A stretch of DNA of 64,000 nucleotides from Prasinococcaceae sp. CCMP 1430 (Eukaryota > Plantae > Prasinodermophyta), in contig RQSC01000858.1 of NCBI GenBank assembly GCA_013416795.1, positions 47,718-111,717 on the forward strand, written 5' to 3'. This document shows positions 36,635 to 49,300 of this stretch, piece by piece (positions within the stretch are counted from its first letter, which is position 1; each line of letters starts with the position of its first letter). Under the pieces are notes generated by a model. That model worked only from the letters and a program-made list of their open reading frames with translations. It searched no databases and had not been told where the DNA came from. Both the position numbers and the translations under genes were made by a program.

Positions 36635-37811
36635 TCAGAGCCCATGGCGGCGTCGGAGCCATGCGACCGTGTCTGCCACCGTGTCCTCCGGCGCGCGCGG
36701 CGCGAAGTCGAGCTCGCGTCGCGCGCGGGACGCGTCGACGCCCCAAAAGCACTGGGCCATCTCCACCACCACGGGGTCGAGGCTCGGGTCACGCCGGCCG
36801 AGCACCGCGAGCGCGTAGGTCGCAGCACGCGCGCCTGCGATGGCCAGCGGGGCTGGCAAGCGCAGCTTGGGGGCGGGCACGCCGCTCGCGGCCTCGACCA
36901 TGCCGAAGTATTCGCCCAGGCTGCAGTTCTTGGCGGTGAGCAGGTACGTGCGGCTGTAGCTGGCGCCGCCGTTGCGTGCACGCAAGTCGACGTCGGCGGC
37001 AGAGAGGGCAGCGTCGGCAACGTCGCGCGCATCGACGAAACTGATGCCTCCGCCGGGCACGAACGGCACCGCACGGCGCATGAGGTCAAGCACCGAGCGG
37101 CACGAGCTGAGTCGCGCATCGCCCGGCCCGAGCAACAGGCTGGGGCGCAGGCAGGCGAGCTCCACTCGCAACTCGTCCGCGAGCTTGCGAGCGCGGCACT
37201 CCGCCGCGATTTTGGTGTCGTAGTACGGCCAGCGCCGCGCCAACGCCGTCGCGTAGGCGTCGTCACGGGCGGGAGCGTCTGTGTCGACCGCCCGGTCGGA
37301 TGCGCCCGTGAAGATGCCCGACACACCACTGGTGGACGCGTACACCACTCGTCGCACGCTGCCGGATGCTGCTGCTGCGCGCATCACCTGAGCGCCGTGG
37401 GCGGCGTCAGACTCCGCGCCACGGCAGCATCGATCGCTCATGCCAGCGCTGCGCGTCCCACCGCTGGTGCGCGCGAACACGAACCTTGTCAGTGCCGCCC
37501 ACGTTGACATCTTCGCACGAGCGGCGCGCGGCGCGCGAGCGGGAGTGCTCGACGACGCCCGCGAGGTGGTATACGACGTCTGCCCCATCGACGAGCGCGG
37601 CCACCGCTTCCTCGTCGCACACATCGCCCACCACAACCTCCGCGCCGAGAGCCGAGAGCTCCGCGTCGGGCGCGCGGCTGAGCACGCGCACGCGACCGCG
37701 ACCGCGCCCACGCGCCGAGCGCCGGCAGAGCGCGCGAGTGACATATCCACCGAGGAAGCCCGTGCCGCCAGTCACCGCCACCACCTCGCCGCCCCCGCCG
37801 CCCCGCGCCAT
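36635..37811 (-). CDS. NAD-dependent epimerase/dehydratase (extended SDR, DFR/HpnA-like); intron ~37388-37485
   Basis: VTGGTGFLG, VYHLAG, NVGGT, YxxxK (YYDTK), LRPS..GPGD, FVDARDVA. Confidence 0.9.
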
Positions 37812-38253
37812 CGGCCACCACCCAATCGCGCTCGCGACCGCCTAGGCCGCCAGCGGCAGGGCGCTCGTCGGCTGCGCCGCCGCCGCGCCCCCGCGCACCT
37901 CGCCTCCCCCTTCCCCTTCCCCCCACCCTCCCTCTCGCCTCGCCTCGCAGCAGGAGGGAGACGCCGCGCAGGCGGCCCAGCAGGCGGCCACAGTCGCGGC
38001 CGTCGCCGCCGCCACCCCCTTGTGGTGCGTCGCGCCGCGCGACGCCATGCCTCACCCTCACCAGCCGCCGCGCCCCCGCGCCCAGCGCCGCGCGCCCGCT
38101 CTGTGGCGCCGGCGGCTGGCTGGCATGTGCCGCATTACCAATTGGGCGCTCGCTCCAGCACAGCCACGCTAGCACCGGCCGCTGGCGTGCGTCGAGGTCA
38201 AAAATGTCGTTACAGGCTGAGCTGCTCCCGAGGCATGGGCCGGGCGGGCCGTC

Positions 38254-39107
38254 CTACTCGTCGTCGCCCGGGGTCATCCAGTACTCGAAGAGGCCCTTCT
38301 CGCCCCAGGGGAACTCCTTGGTGCGCACGCGCAGGTACTCGTACTTGGGCTGCTCCTGGGGGGTAGGCGGGTGCTCGATGGCGAACATGTAGAACAGAAT
38401 GCAGCCCATGACGCCCGCGCGGGAGACGTGCTTCCACTTGAGCGACTCGGCTGCCGGGCGTAGCAGGCGCGCATCAGGACAAAGGTGGGTGCCAAATGCC
38501 AAATGGATGGAGTCGGGACGAGCGCGCGTGGGATGGGGTTGAGATGGGGTACATGTCAGACAGGAGCGTCAAGCAGCTGCCAGGGGGCACGCGTTGCTGC
38601 ACGCGGCAGCCGCAGGCACAACGTGCGCAACGCCGCATGAGCATGAGCGCTATTCCTGCCCTGTAGCGCCAACGCCCAGCACGCGCGTTCCACGCCCACT
38701 TGTCCCCGAGCGAGCGCGCACGCTGTTGCACCCGCCAGCTGCCCTCGCGGGTGTTTTAGGGTTGGGCGTGGGAAAAAGGCGCTCCGGAGACGACTCACGG
38801 AGCGCCGGCTGGCGGCGCTGCTCAAGGCTCCCGCGCCGCCACCGCTCTGCGCGCGCGCGCTCCCTCAGCACCACCGAGCGCGAAGTTTCATCGCGAGGGC
38901 GCGGCAATAGCGCGGCGCGCCCGCGACCGACGCTCCCTTCCCACCACCACCCGACCACTACCCTTCCCCCCTAAAGCGTGCGCCGCGCGCAACGGACCGA
39001 AGTCGTCGACGCCGGGCGCCGACGCCATGCCGCGGCTCTGCTGCGCGTTGCCCGCGGGCGCGCGCAGCTGCGCGGCGCGGCACGCGGAACGCCTGCATGG
39101 CCTGCAT
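38254..39107 (-). CDS. COX6A: Cytochrome c oxidase subunit 6A; intron 38451-38997; apparent frameshift in the presequence
   Basis: Spliced DDF|AESLKWKHVS, one TM, YEYLRVRTKEFPWG..GLFE; TGTAA on minus strand at ~38209. Confidence 0.85.
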
Positions 39108-39674
39108 GCTGCAGCGCGACGGGCGCCGCCGCAAACGAAGGGGGGGGGGGAAGGGGCGAGCGCCGCGCGCGCGCTCTGTGCCGCGCGGGCGCTCGCCCCG
39201 GCGCCCCCGAGCACGAAAAAAAAATCCTCCGGAGAGCCGCAACAACCATCCGCGCGTCCCGCGCGGCATCCATTGCGCTTTGTCTATTTCCGCTGCAGCG
39301 GCGGCGGGCGCGCGCACCCGAAATGCATTCCGGGAATACGTTCTGAACTTTTTCGGATTTTCCGCCTCGAAATCGTTTTTGATTTTGTTTGCGTGTCCGC
39401 GTCAATTGCAGGCTTTTGTGTGTTGATGGGGGGGAACGATGCTGGTGCTGCAGGCGCATGACCGCGGCGGCGCCGCGAGAGCCACAGCGCGCGCGCCTCG
39501 AGGAGGGGGCGCCGGGCGGACGCGGCGGGGCGCGAGAGGAGGGATCCGCCGCCGCCTGCTCGCGCGCGCGCACCTGCGCGCGCGCGCGCGCAAGGCAAGG
39601 CAAGGCAAGGCGCACGCGCGGCGGGCGCGTATTTTAGGTTTACGGCGTGAAGGCGCCGACGCCGGGCCGTAGCG

Positions 39675-40084
39675 ATGACGCAGGCCACGGCGAGCCTCGA
39701 GGAGATGAAGGCGGCGCGCATCCCTCTCGAGGAGCGCGACGGGTGCGCGGGCCTGCTCATTCCGCTCAATGAGTGCCGCTACAAGTCGTCGTTCCTGACT
39801 TACAAGTGCGAGCACGAGAGGCTCGAGTATGAATTTGTACGTGGCGTCTGTCGCGTGCGCTCGCCGCTGCAGCCGCGCTTGCCCTCCGCACGCGAGTGCT
39901 GGCGCCGCGCCGCCCAGCGGCCACCTCACGTGTTGGGCGCTGACGGGAGCTGGTCGCGCGCCGCCCATTGCGCGTGCAGTGCCTGTACAGGGACTATCTC
40001 AAGCGCGTCGAGAAGTGCGACGAGATTCGCAAGGCAGGGGGCAGCTGCACGGCCAAGGCGTACAGGCGCGACGCCACTGACTAG
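39675..40084 (+). CDS. NDUFB7: NADH dehydrogenase 1 beta subcomplex subunit 7 (B18); intron 39837-39979
   Basis: EEMKAARIPL..RDGCAGLLIPLNECR..KCEHER..YEF|CLY twin CX9C pattern. Confidence 0.92.
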
Positions 40085-40318
40085 AGGCGCGCCTGCCCAC
40101 CCAGCTCGAGCGCTCGTGTGAACGAAGGAAGGCGGGACTCGCGCATTCATTTTTGCATCGACATGCTCATCCCGCTCCTCGCGCGGCGACGTAGGGCTCG
40201 CCGCCACTCCCTTCCCTCCTGCACGCGCGACGCGCGCGGGCGCGCTTCGGTGGGAGCTCCCACTCCACGCGCGTGCTCTGTGCGTCCGGGACTGCTGGTC
40301 TTATGTAGCTGCTGCGCA

Positions 40319-43300
40319 TCAGCGCCAGGGCGGCGACCGCGCCTCTTCCATGTCCTTCCTGAGGGCGAACGCCCTGCGTGCCGGGAGTCGCACTGAGCGT
40401 GAGCTCACCATGTCACGCGCTGTGAGCGCGGCCGACACAGCATCGAAGCGGAGGGAAAGGTCTGCATCGCTGGCTTCGACCCCTGCGGCATCGAAATTCT
40501 GCGGTCGCTCGCCGCACACGCGCGCACGCGCGGGTCAGTGTCGACATCTGAATGCGCACGCCGCAGAGCCGCGCCCCGAGCGTGCGCGCCACCAAGGGCG
40601 ATCCCGCTGGCTCGGCGCGACGCACCGCCCAGTGCGCCCTCGCGCTGGCAATGTCGCGGTCCATGAGCGCGAGCTCCACCGGTGCATCGCGCTCGAGGTA
40701 CCTCTGCAGATCGTCGCAATCGGCGAGAGATGCCACAGGCATCGCGCTGCGCGCAACCACCGCATGCGCTCGGGAGAGCCCAGCCTTGTACGCCGAGCGT
40801 GCCGATGCCGCCGCGATGCGCTGCAGTGCGTCTATGCGCGCCTCGATGACGCGCACGATGCGGTCCTTGAGCGCGCGACAGTGCACACGACAGAGCGTGA
40901 AGTCTATGACGTCCGGGGTCACCCACTCCACTTCAGCGGCCTGCTCCCTCAACGTGCTGATCGCACCGGCGACGGCTAGCGAGCTCGCGCCATCGAGAGT
41001 TGCCGCCCATGTGCTCGCGTCGCTGAGGAGTGGCTCGAAACGAGCGTACAGGGCAGCCACCGCTTCGAGGCTCGGCACCACTGCTTTGGCCGCCGCCTCG
41101 GCACGAGCCACCGCGGCGCGCAGGCGCTCATCGGTGCGAGCAATTTCAGCCGCTTCCCCCAGGGATGGCACACACTCACACATCCCCTCGAGTAGCTCAG
41201 GAATCATGCCCGCAAGCGCTCGCCGCACGGCCTGCAGCGGAGGTAGGAAGCATATCACATCCGTCCCCGTTGCGTTGAGAGACGTCTCGAGCAGCGGCGG
41301 GCCCACGCGCACGCGCAGAGTCTCCGAGCGCAACGACAGTCTTTGGGGCGACAGCGCGCCGCCTTCACACTCGGAAGATGCAAGCGCTGCGAGGTCATCG
41401 AGGGCCGCAGCCATGTCGGTAGCGAGCGATGCGAGGGCGACGCGAAGGTGCGACCGCACCTGCTCGCGCACGGCACGGCGCAGGCCACCGGTGGCCACGA
41501 AGTTGCCATGCCTGGAGCTCGCCGTCTCCGTTGCCGTTAGCTCTGCCCGACTCACATCGTCGAACGTTGGCTCAGCGTACGCTCCGATGAGCGTGCGCGC
41601 GAACTGGCGCGCGCTCTCGGCGTGCCGCGACACAAACTCGCGCACCGGCATCGGCAGTGCGGTGGCGTGGGTAGCGCTGCCCGTCAGGAGCGCGCCGCGC
41701 AACAGTGGCGTGGCACAGCCGTCAATGTGCGCGAGCGGATGATCTAGGTGCAGCTTTGCAGATACGTCCAGCCAACGTCCATGCGCCGCAGCGAGCACGT
41801 CGCGCGCCGAGGGGTCCACAATCGGCAGCTCACGTCGCGCGCGCTCGATGGCCGGTAGCAGAGGCCGCTCGTATCGCGCTGTCTTTCGGTCCCCATCGAC
41901 GTCCGTCTTGATCGCTTCCGGCGGCAGTGACCCAAGGGGGCGCGGGCGCACAGCGAAATCCTCCGCGAGCGCGTCTGCTTGGCCCAATCGCGCGTGCGCG
42001 AGCAGCCCACCGCCGGGCGCGAGCATGTGATACTTTAGGAACGACCACCGCATGGCGAGCGCGTATCCCGCGGCGCACTCCTCGAGCAGCTCCTCGCGCA
42101 CGGTGGTTATTTGCGCGGCCTGCGGATAGAGCGGGCGATTCCGAGCGTGCGGGGGGTCGTCGGCATTTGCAGGTGGCAACGGCGGCCGCGCGGTCCGCGC
42201 TGCGGCTTGCGGAGCGTAGATACGAGCGAACATCTCCGGCGCAGGTGCGGTCACGTGTTTGAGTGGCACGCTCTCCGCTGCTCTTTGTCGCCTGATGGCG
42301 ACCTCAGCCTCCGCGCGGTAAGCGAACGCTTGTGTGCGCCGGCGCTCGAACGCATGCACATCCTCAGTGCCGAGCACGACATCCAGCCGTCCCGCCTCGA
42401 CTGGCTCGAGGCCGGAGTGTCCCTCGAATCGGAGCACAAAGGTTGCGGAAGCCTCTGAGTACGATGCGACCGTGCAGTCGATGAGCGACTCGGCGAGAAA
42501 AGCGGCGCCCGGCGGGCAGTAGCGTGCGTAGCCTCCAACAGCGCCACGACACACGCCGAGGGGCTCCGTTGCTCCCTGCGGATCGAAAAATTCCAGCCGC
42601 AATGCGTTGGAGGCGTCGCTCGACGACTCCGCGTCCATCGCTAGCGCCACGGCGGCCGCCCGCTGGAGGACGGTCGCAACCGCCTTTGGCGGCTGCAGCA
42701 CCTTCATGCTCGCGTCTCTGGAAGTACCTGTGTTCCCGAATGCAGCAGACTGCTCGCTCCTGGACGCGCGTGCTCGCTCCACACCTGCAAACGGCCGCGG
42801 CGGGCGGGCTCGCTGGCCTCTCCTGGTGATCGGGGTGGGAGCGCGCATGTCGTGCACGCCGAAAACGCCGCGGCTCATACGGAGGTGCGCAGCTTGGGGT
42901 GACCGCAGCGACGCGATGCGTTCCGACAGCGAACGCGCGCTCTGCGAGTGTTTGACGGCCTCGTGCCCGTCCCTCTTCCGATGGCCTACGCCCTTTGGCG
43001 CTGGTCTACCGCCCACGCGCGCAGAGGCGCTCGCCGGCCGCATGGCCATTGACATCGCTTTCGCCTTCAGCCCTAAGAGGCTGGAGCGCATGAACGCTAG
43101 GTGCGTCTCGCGCTCGTGCGACACCATTGCGCGTGCGCGCCGCGCCGAACCGCCGCGCGATGTGCGCGCGTGCGCCACCGAGCGCTCGCTCAGCACACTC
43201 TGCAGCGAGGACTCGGCTTGCAGCAGCGAGGTGCTCGCGCCCAAATCTTGGTAGCTGCGTATCTCCCTGAGCGCGTTTTCGCCATCCTCGTCGAGCAGCC

Positions 43301-43964
43301 AGCCCGGTTGGTCGCTCGTGTCACTCCCTTCCTCATCGGAGCTCCCACCCGGCCCACGCGAGCGAGCACCGGGCGTGCGCTTCTGCGTGCTTGCCCAGGC
43401 GTGGATGTCAGACTCACTGGACGATGCTAAGAAGTCGGGCGCGAAGGACGGTGCTGGCGGCAACCGCGCGGCGTTCGGCGACTCGTACGGCGGGGCTGGT
43501 GGCAACCACGCGGCGTTCGGCGACTCGTACGGCGGGGCTGGCGGCAACCACGCGAGGTGTGGCGACTCCTCTGGGCTGTAATAGTCGACGCTCGCTCGCG
43601 CCGCGGGGCTGCAGATGCGCGGCGGCGGCCGTCAGCAGCGCTCCAGAGAGGGGCACAGACACGCGCGGCGAGGTCGCGCGCGCGCGCGGTGCTCGCACCT
43701 GCGGAACTTATTTCCTGTCGGCGTTGGCGTCTCGCTTTGCCCGCTGGCCCGAGCATCCGTGCTGGCGCGCTCGAGCGGCCCCGGCGGCACCACAACTCTG
43801 AGATGGCCGTAGCCGCGCACGCCTTTGCCGGGGGCAATGGCAAGGGGAGAACGTTCCACGCCCACGCCCAGCATCCCCTGGCCCGGTCCGTGTGGCTTGC
43901 CTCTGTCGTCGCCGCCGCCCGCGCCGCCGCCTCTGCCGCCCGAGGCCGCGCGGCGCGGCGGCAT
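40319..43964 (-). CDS. Protein resembling only the N-terminal tail of an axonemal inner-arm dynein heavy chain (DNAH1-like); no motor domain
   Basis: LRLEFFD..CTVASY..F..RLDV.L..ED...FERR...A...R..AE resembles the recalled DNAH1 N-terminus; intron 43576-43698 restores frame to ATG 43964; 3' exons tentative. Confidence 0.6.
43455..43568 (-). repeat. 42-bp coding tandem repeat (LPPAPPYESPNAAW), ~2.5 copies
   Basis: Directly visible. Confidence 0.85.
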
Positions 43965-45015
43965 CGCTCCACCTGCTCCACCTGCTCCACCCGTCACCGC
44001 CGGCCCGCCCCGCCGCCGGCCATGGGCGGGCACTGACGCGGCGCGCGCCGCAGCAGCAGGACGCGCGCGCGCGCGCGCGCGCTCGCGGTCGGGGAACGCA
44101 ACGAACGAAACCGCCAAACGGTATGCGTCCAAACCTACATGTATATATCGTTTACCCACGGGCGCGGCGCTTTCATACCTGCTTCTGCGAATCAAAACGC
44201 ATCCGAAAACGCGCGAGGCTCCCGCCGGGCGGCGCGCGCGCTTCGCTCCTCGAAGGATCGGCGTGAGCGGGGCTCGAGCGATGCCGAGCGCATTTGGGGT
44301 AAAATTTAGGGTTCATTTTCGTATGTCGAGATCGAGGAGTGAGGTCTTTGGGCCAGCCCGTGGGGGCGCGGCGGCACAGGGCGGGCAAGAGGCGGCGGCC
44401 TGGCGAGCGCTCCCCGTCGTCCCGACGGGCGCGCGCTGCTGCCCCGCTGGCGTTCTGCCGCTCACGCTGCCGCCGCCGGCGCCGCCCCAGCCGGGGCACC
44501 CCCTGAGGTGGCGGCGACGACAGTGGCGGCCCCGGCCCACCGCCTCTAGACGAGCTCCCGCTGCTAGCTAGCTGCAGTAGTCAGCCAGCGGCGCTGCCCA
44601 TCCCACCCTCTCGCTTCGGAGCGCGCGCATGAGCTCCGTTACTCTCAAACGTTGCACGCTCGCAGACAGCGCGCGCGCACAGCGCGAGCGTGCGTGCCAC
44701 ACACCGCGCCGGCGGCGCCCGCCAGCGCCGCGAATGCGCCCGGGGCGGAACGTGAGGCTGGGAGCGGCAGCGCGCGCGGGGCCGCCGCGGACGCTGCGCG
44801 GCGCGCGGCGGAGGGTGAAGGTGCGTGACCTGGCGCAGCGCGGCGCTCGGCGTGCTCGTGCGCGCTGGCGCGTACTCCTTTGTGTTGACGCTTTGGCGCG
44901 CGCCCCTCACCCCCTCACACAACAGCGACTGCGCCTTCCCGCGCGCTCGCAGCTCTGTCCCTGGCCCACCAGGCCTCCCGCGCTGCCACGCCGGTGCCTG
45001 TGCGCAATGCAGCGA

Positions 45016-46238
45016 TGGCGAATGCGCTGCGCGCTCTCGCCGACGCGCTTGGCGACGACGGCGACGACGGCGCTGCGGCCAACGCCATCGTCGACGGCGC
45101 CGATGGCGGGAGTGGCGCGCTGCCCCATCTGCTGCGCACTGCGCTGCGGAGCGACGCGGCGCCCGCGCACGCAGCGGCACGGGTACTGACCAACCTCGCC
45201 GCGAGCAACTCCCGCGCGGCAAATGCCGCCGCTGCTGAGTGTGCGCACGCTCTCGTCGCGCTGGTGGCTGCGCCACCAGACAGCGCATGCGCCGGTCAGG
45301 CGGCGTGGGCGCTGGGGAACCTCGCAGCCTCAGACGCGGTGGCGGTGTGGCGGCTTGGCGCGCTTCCTGCGCTCGTTGCGATCGCTGCCGGCAGCGACGA
45401 CGGGGCCGCCGCGGAAACTGCGCTGTGGGCGCTCGCAAACGTCCTGCGCGCCCCCGAGGCGGCATTGCGCGCAGCTCGTGATACCGAGCTCGTGCGAGCG
45501 CTGAGCGCGCGCGTGGCGCACGCGCCACCGACTGTCGCCGCCGAGGCCGCGTGGGCGGCGTGCGAGCTCGCGTGCTCCGCCCGCACGGGGCTAGCGGCGG
45601 CATTTTCGGGTGCAGACGGCCCTGTCACGCTCTCGGCATGGGAGGCGCTCGTGTCGGCGCTCACGGACAGGTTCGTGTTGGCGTGTGCCACAGTCGTCGA
45701 CGCTCGTCTCGCCGTGCCGCTAGCGCGTTCGCTCGCGCACGCGGCGTGCGCTTGCGGCGACAACGAGAGGGAGATCGGCGCGCCGCTGGCGCGCGCGGCG
45801 CTCGCGGGCCGCTCGGCATCGCTCGGCGCGGTGCTCGGCAGAGCCGTGCACGCGGGTGCGTCACATGCGGGCATGGGCCTCGGCGCGATGGCACGTGAGG
45901 TGGCATGGGCAGCTGCCAATCTGGCCGCGGCCTGCACGCCCCAGCAGCGCGAAGAGCTTCGTATGTGCAAACCGCTCGTGCGCGCGCTGTGCGACGCGCT
46001 CGCCGCAGGCAGCAGCACGCCGGCAGCGTGCGGGGGCGGCGTGAGCAGCGCGTCGCTCTCGGCAGAGGCCGCGCGGGCGCTCTATGCGCTAGTCCGCGCG
46101 CCGCCGCTCACACCGGCGACCGTGGTCGTGGCGCGCGCCGTCACCGCTGCCGGCGGTGGCGCAGTGGCTTTGGAAGGCGCAGACGCCGAAGAGGCCGCGC
46201 TGCGCACCGCGCTCGCCACCGCCGTGGGCGCTCTGTGA
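45016..46238 (+). CDS. Divergent ARM-repeat (importin-alpha-like) protein; 5' exons unresolved
   Basis: AARVLTNLAA, QAAWALGNLA, ALWALANV, EVAWAAANLA (WxxxN ARM motifs). Confidence 0.75.
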
Positions 46239-46352
46239 CACTACCTGTACCGCTATTCAACATTCACATTACACAAGCCCCTCTACTTTACACGCGGGTG
46301 TGCGCCCTCACGCCAGGGGTCCGGCGAGCACCCATCGCCGCCGTTCGCCAGC

Positions 46353-49300
46353 TCACATGTTGCGGCTCGTCCATTCCATCGCGCAGGCCTTGACGTGCTC
46401 CACCCCCGCTTCGTCGCCCTCCTTGCGCTCGTACTCAAGGTACCGCTTGAAGAGGAACTTGGCTTGGCGTGCCGAGAGGTGCTCCGAGCGCGTGGCGCGC
46501 TCGAAGAGCGCGCGGACGCTCTCCTTTCCATCGCCATGCTTGATCTCAGCGTCGATGTACACGCTCATGATATCCGTGCGCTTGGGGTAGCTCTTGAGCA
46601 CGCCCTCGAGCATCACGCGCGCGCGCTCGGCCGAGCCGTGGCGGAACTCGAGCAGCGAGGCCGCGGTGATGGCCTTGATGTGCTTGCGGCGCGGCAGCGA
46701 CTGCAGCGCGCGGTCGAGCGTGGCGCGAGCTTTTGAGCCCTTGCCCGAGCGCAGGAAGTGCTCGATAGCGCGCAGCCAAATCTTGCAGCTCGTCTTGAAG
46801 CTGCGGCACATGCCCTGCACGAGCTTGTCGGCGGCTGCGGTGCGGTCGTCAGCCGAGCGCTCGTAGATGTCGAGCAGCACCACGTGCAGCTTCTTGGCGT
46901 CCGTGCGAGCGCACGCCTTGGCAAAGAGCGCCGCGGTCGCCTCTTCGGGGTCGGGCTCGCCGTGCAGGTTCTCCAGGTTGAGCCAGGCGGTCCATACTGC
47001 CAGCTTGTCGGCCTCGTTGCGCCAGGGGATGGCATCGAGCGCGCGCCCGGCCACCTTGCGCGCAGCAGGCGCGTCACCCGTTGCGAGGTGCAGCGCCATG
47101 TACTTGACCCAAGTGTAGGCGCTGCCCGGAGAAGCCAGCAGCAACCGCTCGAAGTCTTCGGCGCTCGCGGGGCTCTCGGCGCCCGCCACGCGCGCGGCCT
47201 CAGCGCGGCGCAGCTCGGCCTCCTTGGCGGCAGCCGCCTTCGCCTTGCGGCGGCGGCCGCGGCGCTCGGCCTCGTCCTCGGCAGGCTCCCCGGCGCCCTC
47301 CTCCCCGGCATCATCGGCGTCGCTGTCGTCGTCGCCGTGACCGTCGCCGCCGCCCATGTCGACGTCAAGGGGCGCCACCGCCGCCATGCGTGCGCCGAGC
47401 GCGCCGCCGGCGGCGGCGCCGTCCTCCTCCATCGCCTCCAGATCGTCGTCGCTCTCGTCATCATCGCTGTCGTCCTCGCTCTCATCCTCGTCGCTCCCCT
47501 CCTCGTCGCCCTCGTCCTCGCTTTCACCCTCCTCCTCCCCATCGAAGGCGGCCTGCTCGAACTCAGCGCCTCCGGCCTCGTCCTCGCTCTCGTCCTCGCC
47601 GTCCGCCTCGAGCATGGCGGCCACGCGCGCGTCGGTCTCCATCGCATCGAGCTCCTCGCCGTCGCTGTCAGAGTCACCATCGTCCGAGTCCATCGCGTCG
47701 CCACCGTCGCCCGGCGTTCCCTTCGTGCCCTGCTTCTTGGCGAGGGCCTTGGCCTTGGCCGTCAACCGTTTCTTCTCCGCAGGTGTCATCGCGAGGCTCA
47801 AACGCTTCCGCTCGAGGTCCACGGCTACCACGTCGCACTCGACGCGGTCGCCCGGTGCCAGCAGCGCGGCGACGCTCTCCACCTTGCACTCAGCGAGTGC
47901 TGACACGTGTACCAGCCCGCTGAGCAGTGCGCGGCCGCCATCCTCGGCGGCGTCGAGCCGCACAAACGCGCCGTAGTCCTCAACGCGTCGCACGGCGCCT
48001 TGCACACGCTGACCCTCCTTGAGAGCCGCCAGCGCCTCGCCGATGCTCTCCTGCGTGGGGCGCTCAGGGCGTGCGCTGGGGTCGACCACGCCGGCCGACT
48101 GCGTGTGCGAGGGCTTCAGGCTCACCTCAACGCGGGCCATCTGTGCGTTAACGCTCAGCACCTTGCAACGCACGAGCGCGCCCGGCGGGAAGGCCTCGTC
48201 GGGCTTGGACACGAAGGCGTCCGCCAGGTTCTTGAGCACACAACGCGCCTCCAAGTGCGCACCAAGGCTGACGAAGCAGCCCTTCGACGTGGTGGCCTTG
48301 ACGTATCCAGGCAGAAGGTCGCCGGCGGATACGTCCGTGGCCTCCGTCAGACGCGCCTCAGACGCCAGCGCACCCGCAACGTCCTTGCCGGCGGCCGCAC
48401 CGCTGCCGCCCAGCGAATGGCGCAGCGAGAGGTCGACGGGGGATGATTTGTCATCGCCAGTGCCCGAGTTTGAGATGCCCCTCTTCTTGCTCTTGCCAGC
48501 GGCGGCGCCCACGCGAGTGACGGCTGCAGTCACCACATCGCCCACCTCGAACGCCGCTAGCGGCTCGGGCACGAAGGTGTCGCCGATCTCGGTGATGTGC
48601 ACGCGTCCCGTTGCGCTCGCGCCCAGCTGCACCAGCAGGCCCGCACCCGGAAGCACGCGCCCCACGCGGCCGCGCACCACGTCGCCCTCACTCAGGTCGA
48701 GCTCGGCAGAGCGCGCCGATGCGCCCGCGGCCTTCGACGACAGGTTGAGCGTGAGATCCACCCGACGCCTGCCGTCAGTGGCGGCAAGCACGCGGCAGAG
48801 CACATGCATGCCCTCGGTGAGACCCTCGCCCACGTCCTTCACGTTTGCGGCAGCCGCGGGGTCGGCGAGATCGAAGGCGTCCACCGCCGCCAGCCGCCCA
48901 CGCAGCGTCGGCGAGAGAGACACCATCGCGTAGCCCACCTCGTCGACGGCGTCCACGTAGCCATGCACGAGGTCGCCGGCGGTGACAGACGAGGGCGCGC
49001 GCGCACCGTCAGCGGAAGCGGCGCGTGCCGACACCAGTACTTCGCCCGCCTTGCTCGCTCCCACCGCCTTCACGGACAGCTCGTCGCCCTTCTTGAGCGA
49101 CGCCAGCGGGCTCGCGTGTGCGCCCGGCGCATACCACGCGGCCTTGCGCTCCTTGGGCTTCACGGTTGGCGGCGAGAGCTCGGTCACGTGCAAGCGCGCG
49201 CTCACGTCACCCTTAGCAGTTTTGACGGTGAGCTGCGCCCAAGCGCTCTCAACGCTCACCACTGTGGCCGTGAGGATGTTGCCAGCCGAGACCAGCGCCA

